From NCBI GenBank assembly GCA_964354105.1, contig CAYGXM010000002.1, positions 14,398 through 78,397 on the forward strand: 64,000 nt of DNA, in the 5' to 3' direction. This DNA comes from Candidatus Woesearchaeota archaeon (lineage in GTDB: Archaea; Nanobdellota; Nanobdellia; UBA10117). The position numbers and the translations under genes were made by a program. Shown here in pieces: positions 57,217-64,000 of this stretch (its first letter is position 1; each line of letters opens with the position of its first letter). The notes below the pieces were generated by a model. It saw only the letters and a list, made by a program, of their open reading frames with translations, was not told the origin of the DNA and made no database searches.

Positions 57217-57519
57217 ATGGCCTGCCAGAAATGCGGAAGGTGCTGCAGTTGGGGAACTGGTTATGTTTTTGTTTCAAACAAAAAGTATGATAAATACACA
57301 AAGTTCAAGGATTATCCTCTTGAAGACCTTGTTTTCATGAAAGCTGTTGCGGTAGAAGGCCCCTGCCCTTACTTGAATAAAAATAATTTATGCAACATTT
57401 ATGAAGATAGACCTCTTTTCTGCAAAGTAGGCCGCTGCCTGAAAAGCCTAATTTTGCCTTCTTCTCTGAACAAGAAAAGCTCTAGTTCCTTAGAAGTTAG
57501 AATTGAAGCTAAGGCCTAA
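57217..57519 (+). CDS. YkgJ/UPF0153 family putative Zn/Fe-chelating protein (CxxCxxCC)
   Basis: N-terminal CQKCGRCC plus later CPYL...C...C. Confidence 0.5.
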   Translation: MACQKCGRCCSWGTGYVFVSNKKYDKYTKFKDYPLEDLVFMKAVAVEGPCPYLNKNNLCNIYEDRPLFCKVGRCLKSLILPSSLNKKSSSSLEVRIEAKA

Positions 57520-57878
57520 TCAGACTGGTTTAAACAGTAATTAGTAAGCTGATGACAAAGTGCCCTGCGGGCACCTTCATAATAATGGACACAAAGGGTT
57601 TGTACTGGATGAACCCATTCTTTTCTGAATCCATCGCAATGTCTACAAATCCCTTCATCGAATAGTGTTTTTGCGATATCTGCTTCCACTAACTCGTGAA
57701 TTGTTGTGTCTATCCAATCTTTTTCAACTAAGCCATATGCCTTAAAGCGCTCATCAAACATTATATACAAAATATCCTTATCTTTTGGCTGCCACCATGT
57801 AGCCACAGACCAAGTTAATTTAAGATTCAAACCGTCTAATTTCGTGAAATCTTTTTTCGCAAATTTGATATCAGTCAT
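57516..57878 (-). CDS. hypothetical protein (120 aa)
   Basis: ORF with a CRHCDGF motif. Confidence 0.35.
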   Translation of the reverse strand: MTDIKFAKKDFTKLDGLNLKLTWSVATWWQPKDKDILYIMFDERFKAYGLVEKDWIDTTIHELVEADIAKTLFDEGICRHCDGFRKEWVHPVQTLCVHYYEGARRALCHQLTNYCLNQSD

Positions 57879-57928
57879 GTTAAAATGTACTCAGAAAGCT
57901 TTTTAATGCAACCTTTAGAGGCTAAATT

Positions 57929-58111
57929 ATGCCAACATGCACATACTGCGGAAAAGTGTTTGACAGGCTAAGCGGGAAAGCCCTTATCCAGAATAGCGGC
58001 AAGATTCTCTATTTCTGCTCAAATAAATGTGAAAAATACATGTTCAAGCTAGGCAGAAGCCCAGTCAGGTTAAAGTGGACAAAACCCTTGAAAGCAAAAG
58101 TTAAAGCTTAA
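57929..58111 (+). CDS. rpl24e: ribosomal protein L24e
   Basis: CTYCGKVF...YFCSNKCEKYMFKLGRSPVRLKWT matches the L24e zinc-ribbon and C-terminal basic region. Confidence 0.75.
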   Translation: MPTCTYCGKVFDRLSGKALIQNSGKILYFCSNKCEKYMFKLGRSPVRLKWTKPLKAKVKA

Positions 58112-58452
58112 ACTAAATCATCTATGCTGATTTTAGATTTTGGCAGTGTTTTAATTGTAATAAGAGTGACATAACCAGCATGTGATTCATCAATTTTATG
58201 CATTGCATGGAAACTATAAGGAAGCTTAGCAAACTTAGTAACCGCATCAATGAATCTTCCTTCGTATATTTCGTGTTCCAACTCGTATCCAGAAGTCGTC
58301 AAAATATCCCAACCACCGACAAAGCCCCAAAGCCCAACCTGGTTTAATGGATAATTTAGATGTTTATTTTTTTGGTCTGCTCTAATGCGTGTAAGATATG
58401 CCTGAACTCTTTTATGCAATTCTTCAGAGCTAAGGCGCAGTTCTTTAGCCAT
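58108..58452 (-). CDS. hypothetical protein (114 aa)
   Basis: ORF. Confidence 0.4.
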   Translation of the reverse strand: MAKELRLSSEELHKRVQAYLTRIRADQKNKHLNYPLNQVGLWGFVGGWDILTTSGYELEHEIYEGRFIDAVTKFAKLPYSFHAMHKIDESHAGYVTLITIKTLPKSKISIDDLV

Positions 58453-58501
58453 AAATTAACTAAAGAAGATAGTGATTTAAAGACTTCGACAAGCTAAAAC
58501 T

Positions 58502-58527
58502 AAAAAGCCTTAATCGTAAGGCTTTTT
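58502..58527. promoter_or_regulatory. perfect 11-bp-stem hairpin AAAAAGCCTTA-atcg-TAAGGCTTTTT
   Basis: Symmetric, with flanking A/T runs. It lies in a divergent promoter region between the minus start at 58452 and the plus start near 58568. Confidence 0.35.
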
Positions 58528-58567
58528 AACCAGCGTTTTAGTGTTGTATTGGAGGATTAAGATTAAC

Positions 58568-58894
58568 ATGCCTGCTAAAAAAACTACAGCTAAACCAAAA
58601 GGAAAACAAGATATCGTAGCAAAAGCCAAGCCAGAAGGCAAATTAACTGGAAAGAAACTTGTCGGAACCATAACACACTTCTTTGACAAGATTTCAGTTG
58701 CAGTAATCAGCGTCAGTGCTCCAATTTCAGTAGGCGACGAGCTTGCTATTGAAGGTCCAATGACAAACATCAAGATGAAAGTAACATCAATGCAAGTCGA
58801 GCACGAGGCAGTCAAGACTGCAAAGAAGGGCGACGATATCGGAATGAAAGTTCCTTCAGCTGTTAGAGCTAAAGACCTTGTTTACAAGGTCTAA
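58568..58894 (+). CDS. hypothetical small protein, basic N-terminus plus beta-barrel-like domain (108 aa)
   Basis: The ORF opens at 58541 and the likely start is MPAKK. It ends in the hairpin GACCTTGtttaCAAGGTC (58873-58890). Confidence 0.4.
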   Translation: MPAKKTTAKPKGKQDIVAKAKPEGKLTGKKLVGTITHFFDKISVAVISVSAPISVGDELAIEGPMTNIKMKVTSMQVEHEAVKTAKKGDDIGMKVPSAVRAKDLVYKV

Positions 58895-58978
58895 TTTTCT
58901 TACTTTATTTTTCTCTAGAAATTTTACCGATATACATATATACCAAAATCCCATCTGAAAGCTAAGGAGGCAATGTAA

Positions 58979-59452
58979 ATGGCTAAAAAGAAACTGAAGA
59001 ATTACACTTGGCTCATTGTTGCGGCAATCGTAGTCCTGGCAGTAATAGTATTGTCATCAGGTGGAGAAGGCGGAGCACTTGCAAAATACTATGCACCTGC
59101 TAAAATAATGCCTGTACCGGCGCCAACTGCATTCAAATCTTGTGATTTTATAGGTGCAAAGGCCTTAGAAAGTTATATTGGCCTAACTGGTAGTGATGTT
59201 TGCAAAAGCTTAGGTTATACAATGTGCGGCGGAGAATTTTTAATGCAAAGTACTAGCTACTACACATCTGCAAATGGGAATTGCACGGCAAGCACGTGGA
59301 GAGATTATCCATTACAGCCTATATCTACCATACCTGAAGGTTGCGGCGCACAAATTGTAAAAGGGGATCAATGCACTACAATCGGAAGCGGCAGTAGCGC
59401 CGTAGATGAACGAAAATTATCGTCTACTGGACTATTTTGCTGTAAAGCTTAA
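58979..59452 (+). CDS. secreted Cys-rich protein (157 aa)
   Basis: Signal anchor followed by 10 Cys in the mature part. Confidence 0.45.
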   Translation: MAKKKLKNYTWLIVAAIVVLAVIVLSSGGEGGALAKYYAPAKIMPVPAPTAFKSCDFIGAKALESYIGLTGSDVCKSLGYTMCGGEFLMQSTSYYTSANGNCTASTWRDYPLQPISTIPEGCGAQIVKGDQCTTIGSGSSAVDERKLSSTGLFCCKA

Positions 59453-59521
59453 TTCTTTTATTTTTAATTTTTATTAAATAATCCAAACCTATTTATCAAG
59501 GCTTCCTTTCAACACTTGCTA

Positions 59522-59542
59522 ACTGAAAACATAGTTTTCAGT
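59522..59542. promoter_or_regulatory. perfect hairpin ACTGAAAAC-ata-GTTTTCAGT, flanked by TCCTTTCAAYA direct repeats
   Basis: 9-bp stem. Repeats at 59504-59514 and 59560-59570, with a third copy at 60456-60466 upstream of pop5. Confidence 0.3.
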
Positions 59543-59603
59543 GGCACAATTGAAAGGTTCTTCCTTTCAATATGTTTTTAAAATTAACATCTATGATAGT
59601 AGT

Positions 59604-59990
59604 ATGAAAGACAGCCCTGAGAAAATAATTTTTATAATAACTCCGGTGCGCGAAATCACAGATGGCGAAAATCAATTCTTAAAAAATTACATCGCCCAGC
59701 TTGAATCCAAAGGCTATAAAGTTCATTTTCCGCCCAGAGACACAGACCAAACCGACAAAGTTGGATTAGACATATGCGCCGCAAACAGAGAAGCGATGCG
59801 AATGGCTAATGAAGTGCATATTTATTGGAATGCAAAAAGTGAAGGCAGCAAATTTGATTTTGGCATGGTATTCATGGCTGAAAAACCAATAATTCTAATT
59901 AATAGAGACGCCGTTCTGCCGACACCTTACAAAAGCTTTCAAAATGTCCTTTTAGCACTCGATGCCAAATATAGAGAAAAAAAGGCTTAG
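59604..59990 (+). CDS. nucleoside 2-deoxyribosyltransferase-like / DUF4406-like protein
   Basis: KIIFIITPV ... KGYKVHFP ... ANREAMRMANEVHIYW pattern. The ORF opens at 59541, but the hairpin overlaps that ATG, so the Met at 59604 is preferred. Confidence 0.35.
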   Translation: MKDSPEKIIFIITPVREITDGENQFLKNYIAQLESKGYKVHFPPRDTDQTDKVGLDICAANREAMRMANEVHIYWNAKSEGSKFDFGMVFMAEKPIILINRDAVLPTPYKSFQNVLLALDAKYREKKA

Positions 59991-60038
59991 TTTACAAGGT
60001 CTAAACACTAGTCTTATATTTCTATCTTTTTAGTTTAT

Positions 60039-60443
60039 TTGATGGCTGAAGCAGAATATTGGGATGCGCATATCTCTGTAGATACTATAAAAGCAGCAAA
60101 TCAAGGTATTCCCAGCCTTTATGCATACTTAATGAAAAATGGCATGCCCTTGGAATTAACAAAATGCAAACTTTTGCCAACACAAAGCGAAGAAGTAGTT
60201 TATCATTTGGATGGCTGCACTGCTTTTTACACAATATTTAACGAACCTAAAAAAGAAACTGAAATGCTGAGGTTAATTGGACCACAGGAAAATATAGATA
60301 AAGCTCTAGAGAAAATCAAAAAATTTATACCTCAAGCAGCGGTTCCATCTTACAAAATGGAAAATGGACTGAAAAGCAATTCGACGCTTACAAACATAAA
60401 ACCAGCTATATATTATGATCTCGAAAATAAGCTCCGCACTTAA
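60039..60443 (+). CDS. hypothetical protein (134 aa)
   Basis: ORF. Confidence 0.4.
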   Translation: MMAEAEYWDAHISVDTIKAANQGIPSLYAYLMKNGMPLELTKCKLLPTQSEEVVYHLDGCTAFYTIFNEPKKETEMLRLIGPQENIDKALEKIKKFIPQAAVPSYKMENGLKSNSTLTNIKPAIYYDLENKLRT

Positions 60444-60495
60444 GAGTAGAGCATCCTTTCAACAGGCTTTTAAATTCTGTTAGCATTCTATTTTC

Positions 60496-60882
60496 ATGCC
60501 ATTAAAGATAACTCCGACACAAAGTGTTGGAGGAATAGCTAAACACCACGTAGGTACACATTTAGCTATAATCCCATCAACTGCAAGGGAACGCAAAAGG
60601 TATTTGTTGGTCAAGATTGAATCATCTGATGCTGTAGACAGAAGAGACCTTGAAAATGCAATCCTGAACAGCTGTCTGCAGTTCTTAGGAGAATTAGGTG
60701 TAGCACGTGCTGGGATTATTGTGATGTCTGATACTTATGACGGCAAAAAAGTGATTGTAAAAACAGGGCATAAATTTATTGATGAAACAAAATCTGCAAT
60801 AAGTCTTATAAAGTCTATAGGCAACAAAAAAGTGAGGCTAAGTACTGTTAAGGTGTCTGGCTCGCTATTAAAATTGAAATAG
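60496..60882 (+). CDS. rnp2: RNase P protein subunit Rpp14/Pop5
   Basis: RERKRYLLVKIES, ILNSCLQFLGELG and C-terminal SGSLLKLK match Pop5. Confidence 0.7.
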   Translation: MPLKITPTQSVGGIAKHHVGTHLAIIPSTARERKRYLLVKIESSDAVDRRDLENAILNSCLQFLGELGVARAGIIVMSDTYDGKKVIVKTGHKFIDETKSAISLIKSIGNKKVRLSTVKVSGSLLKLK

Positions 60883-60892
60883 GTGATGAATA

Positions 60893-61585
60893 ATGCAAGT
60901 TTTACCGCAACAGGCAATGGGTTATGACCGCACAAGCACTGTGTTCAGCCCAGACGGTCGTTTATTACAGGTAGAGTATGCTAAAAAAGCTGTAAGCCAT
61001 GGTGCAACAACACTGGGCATAGTTTACAAAGACGGCATTTTGCTGGTTGCAGACAGGCGCATTACAGAGAAATTAATGGTCGCAGAGTCTGTACACAAGA
61101 TTTCAAAAATAGACGAGCACATTGTTGCAACTTTCTCAGGACTGACATCTGATGCAAGAATTTTGATTAAAAGATGCAGATTATTCGCGCAGCAGCATAA
61201 ATTAACTTATGGAGAATCTGTTGATGTTGAAGGGGTTGTAAAATATATTTCAGATTTGGAGCAATCATTTACACAGTATGGCGGAATCAGGCCATTTGGA
61301 ATTGCATTCTTGATTGCAGGAATCGACAAAAAGGGTTTGAGTTTGATTGAAACTGACCCGTCTGGAATCTACACGCAATATACTGCAAGGGCAATCGGCT
61401 CCGGCTGTGTAGAAGCAAACAAGCTTCTTGACAGGAAATACAGGGACGGAATGAAGCTGGAAGAAGCCCAAAAGCTGGCCATAGAGATTTTCAAGGAAAT
61501 TCTGGCAAAAGAATTCAGCATAGAGAGGCTGGAAACTTCAGCAGTAACATCAAAAGGCGTAGAGATGATTACGCTGAAAGAATAA
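60893..61585 (+). CDS. psmA: proteasome subunit alpha
   Basis: GYDRTSTVFSPDGRLLQVEYAKKAV, GATTLGIVYKDGILLVADRR. Confidence 0.85.
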   Translation: MQVLPQQAMGYDRTSTVFSPDGRLLQVEYAKKAVSHGATTLGIVYKDGILLVADRRITEKLMVAESVHKISKIDEHIVATFSGLTSDARILIKRCRLFAQQHKLTYGESVDVEGVVKYISDLEQSFTQYGGIRPFGIAFLIAGIDKKGLSLIETDPSGIYTQYTARAIGSGCVEANKLLDRKYRDGMKLEEAQKLAIEIFKEILAKEFSIERLETSAVTSKGVEMITLKE

Positions 61586-62116
61586 TCATAGAACTGAGTA
61601 AACTACTTCAAATTCTTCTTTAGGTGTCATAGAACCGTTATTTAGAACCAGGTTATAACTGCTCAAGCGTCTATAGTCATAACGTTTACCCCAGATTGTT
61701 TTGCCCATCTGCAATTCATCCTGTTCCCTGTCCAAAAGGATTTTCTCTATTTCGTTCAAAGTTTTTCCATAATACTTCCCAATTTCAACTGCGCGCTGCG
61801 CCCGTACTTGCAAAGGCGCGGTAACAAAGACTTTGAAAGTTTTAGGACCAAACATATGCACATACCGGGCATCTGCAATTATGCGACCTTGATCTACCAA
61901 ATATTTTAATGCATCATTAACCGCCTTATTTTCCTCAGCACTTGTGTTTTTCCAATAGGTTTCAAAGGGGATATCAGGGCATTCTTGTTTATGGCGTTCA
62001 CGCCATATCCCGCCAACTGTACGTATTTTCCAGTTTAAATTCACTGAAAGTAGCTCTGCTAGCGATGATTTTCCTGAACCGGGCAAGCCTGAAATCGCTA
62101 TAGAGTTATGTTTCAT
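61586..62116 (-). CDS. P-loop nucleotide kinase, archaeal cytidylate/adenylate kinase-like
   Basis: ISGLPGSGKSS Walker A. Its size and position next to the psmA/SBDS cluster fit an archaeal cmk-like kinase. Confidence 0.5.
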   Translation of the reverse strand: MKHNSIAISGLPGSGKSSLAELLSVNLNWKIRTVGGIWRERHKQECPDIPFETYWKNTSAEENKAVNDALKYLVDQGRIIADARYVHMFGPKTFKVFVTAPLQVRAQRAVEIGKYYGKTLNEIEKILLDREQDELQMGKTIWGKRYDYRRLSSYNLVLNNGSMTPKEEFEVVYSVL

Positions 62117-62167
62117 GACAAATAGCTGAGAGAAAAGGGTTAAATATCTTATTCTTGTGTCTAAAGC

Positions 62168-62896
62168 ATGTCAAACGGCAGACCAACATTTACATTCATC
62201 AAGGAAAAGATTTCATTTAACATAGCACACATTACGAAAGGCGGCGAGCGCTTTGAAATTGTTTTGAAAGACCCTGACAAAGCCTTGGAATTCAGGCAGG
62301 GAAAAGAAATTGACCCAAGGGACTTTTTAGAATCATTTGAAGTCTGGGCAGATGCCAAGAAAGGTGAAAAGCAGTCTGCCGGCAAGATGAAGCAATGGCT
62401 CGGCACAGATGACCCTATTGAAGCCGCCAAAGTAATTCTAAGAAAGGGCGAATTGCATCTTACAGAAGAGCAGAGAAAGCGAATGTTTGACGTCAAGCGT
62501 GTTAAAATTATACAATACATTCACCAAAATGCATCAGACCCTAGAACAGGGGCGCCGCATCCAATACAAAGAATTGAACAGGCAATGGAGCAGGCTAAGG
62601 TGCAGATAGATGCTTACCAGCCTGCCGAAGCCCAAATTGAAACTATAATCAAGCAGTTAAGGCCAATCATGCCTTTAAGTTTTGAAAAAGCCAAGTTTAC
62701 AGTTCACCTGCCAGTGCAGTATGCCAGCTCAGCATATTCAACTCTAAAGAAGAAATACGCTCTGCAGAATGAAGATTGGCAGAATGACGGCTCTGTAAAG
62801 TTCACAATGGAATGCCCAGCAGGCCTGAAGACAGAAATCTGGGCCCTCATAAACAAGCTGACAGCAGGCTCAGCAGTAATTGAAGAGAAAAAATAA
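62168..62896 (+). CDS. SBDS (Shwachman-Bodian-Diamond) family ribosome maturation protein
   Basis: ISFNIAHITKGGERFEIVLKDPDKALEFRQGKEIDPRDFLE matches the SBDS N-terminal FYSH domain. 242 aa. Confidence 0.8.
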   Translation: MSNGRPTFTFIKEKISFNIAHITKGGERFEIVLKDPDKALEFRQGKEIDPRDFLESFEVWADAKKGEKQSAGKMKQWLGTDDPIEAAKVILRKGELHLTEEQRKRMFDVKRVKIIQYIHQNASDPRTGAPHPIQRIEQAMEQAKVQIDAYQPAEAQIETIIKQLRPIMPLSFEKAKFTVHLPVQYASSAYSTLKKKYALQNEDWQNDGSVKFTMECPAGLKTEIWALINKLTAGSAVIEEKK

Positions 62897-62903
62897 ATTT
62901 AAT

Positions 62904-63827
62904 TTACTTTGCTGAATCATAAATTATATTTGCATCTTTTTCTGTCATGTTTTTGGTTATTTTTGCTACAAGACTGTCATAACTATCCAAATTATCAAAC
63001 ACACTTTTAATTACAGAGTTGAAAGTTTTACCTACCACACTTAGCAATTTATCTGTCACTTCATCTATTTCGTAATCTGCTTTAGCATCTGCAATAATAA
63101 AATCGAGCGCCTCCAAAACTGCTGTGCCCATCGTTAACATAATTGTCTTATGCATTGCCCCTGTTTCTTCTATATGTTTAAAATAAGCCTCTTTGGTTGG
63201 GAATAATTCTCTAATTATATTATCTTGAATATCATCTTGCATAGCCACTTCAATCCCCTTTTCTTTAGCTATGCCTGTTAATTTGGCAACTTTAATGTCG
63301 TATATTCTCATTTGCGCGATTGCTCGTCTCATTTGCGCATCTATTGCAGGCAGACCTGCAATTTGTAAACCATCATTTTGGCACTCTTTAACAAATTTTT
63401 CATAACTATCTTCCCATTCCCGCTCCATAGTACTTGCATCTTTTGAAGGCGACGGTTTCAAAAGTTTATCTAATGATAATTCTGATTTAAAATACTCCAT
63501 AAAAGGAATAGCTATGCGTTGTATCGTCTCGTTCAACGCCTTAGCTTCTTCGCTGTCAAATCCAGCGCCGGCTTCAGTAGTTATTTCAATAATATCCTTT
63601 TCGCCTTGTTCTATATTTTCTTGAATTTTATTAGCATATGTTTCGCCCAATTTTTCAAACTCTGTTTTAATTTCAGGCCGTGCATCGACATAGGCTTTTA
63701 ATTCATCACTACTTTCTTGACTAAGTCGCTGTCTGACTATTTGTTCCATAGAATCCATATCGGCAGAAATAATAAGGATAAGCTTAAAAATTCTTGCACG
63801 AATTATAGTTGAAGAGAAAAATGACAA
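62904..63827 (-). CDS. hypothetical protein (307 aa)
   Basis: ORF. Acidic, helical. Confidence 0.4.
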   Translation of the reverse strand: MSFFSSTIIRARIFKLILIISADMDSMEQIVRQRLSQESSDELKAYVDARPEIKTEFEKLGETYANKIQENIEQGEKDIIEITTEAGAGFDSEEAKALNETIQRIAIPFMEYFKSELSLDKLLKPSPSKDASTMEREWEDSYEKFVKECQNDGLQIAGLPAIDAQMRRAIAQMRIYDIKVAKLTGIAKEKGIEVAMQDDIQDNIIRELFPTKEAYFKHIEETGAMHKTIMLTMGTAVLEALDFIIADAKADYEIDEVTDKLLSVVGKTFNSVIKSVFDNLDSYDSLVAKITKNMTEKDANIIYDSAK

Positions 63828-64000
63828 TAAATAATTCTGGCGGTGTTAAGAAATATGATGGCCAACCTATGCCTAACAAAAAATCAAAACAATCAATATT
63901 TGAAGAATCGTTAGAAGATTTTTTTGAAAACTTTGAATTTGACAAGCCAGTAAGCTATGACCCTCCAATTAAAGATTACCCACCAAAACAGCCCCTACAA
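63821..64000 (+). CDS. hypothetical protein, 5' part only (runs off the window end)
   Basis: ATG at 63821, open to the end (MTINNSGGVKKYDGQPMPNKK...). Not in the ORF track because no stop lies inside the window. Confidence 0.25.
   Translation, partial: MTINNSGGVKKYDGQPMPNKKSKQSIFEESLEDFFENFEFDKPVSYDPPIKDYPPKQPLQ

Noticed and set aside
58510-58815. 101-aa minus-strand ORF overlapping 58541-58894
   Set aside because: The plus-strand ORF has a basic N-terminus and ends in a hairpin. The minus ORF is hydrophobic junk. Only one can be real and the plus-strand one is more gene-like.
1-64000. rRNA, tRNA, RNase P RNA, SRP RNA
   Set aside because: No intergenic region longer than about 150 nt. None showed tRNA or rRNA hallmarks on visual inspection. 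A covariance-model scan would be needed to exclude small ncRNAs.

Overview
This is an AT-rich, gene-dense window that looks archaeal, with about 75 protein-coding genes and no rRNA, tRNA or CRISPR array that I could find. Recognisable archaeal or eukaryote-type genes include a form III RuBisCO next to a ribose-1,5-bisphosphate isomerase (AMP salvage), aIF5B, L7Ae, S28e, L24e, RNase P Pop5, proteasome alpha, SBDS, a Dpo4-type Y-family polymerase, eukaryote-type TyrRS and GluRS, and an Lhr-core helicase with its MPE nuclease. The dominant feature is an 18-kb minus-strand operon (9986-28351) of cell-surface proteins. It holds a 3488-aa and a 1409-aa giant protein (LamG domain, Ig-like repeats, very dense N-glycosylation sequons, C-terminal TM anchors), a 626-aa cytoplasmic coiled-coil protein, and two small proteins that share an unnamed N-terminal module with both giants. 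The second notable locus (44277-47035) is a four-gene cassette: a small protein with an internal Gly-Gly, a protein with an E2-like H-x-N...Cys motif, a JAMM/MPN peptidase, and a minimal E1 (ThiF/MoeB-like). Its gene order matches bacterial BilABCD ubiquitin-like conjugation systems, although a sulfur-carrier system is an alternative reading. Other points are several precise palindromes or hairpins in promoter regions, a family of ~33-nt intergenic repeats (38136-39120), and a cluster of secreted glycoproteins (29287-32147). Further points are a ribosomal-protein operon split by a 2.3-kb block, and a GC-richer two-gene islet (41715-42309). All functional calls are from reading the translated ORFs against remembered family motifs; no database searches were run.
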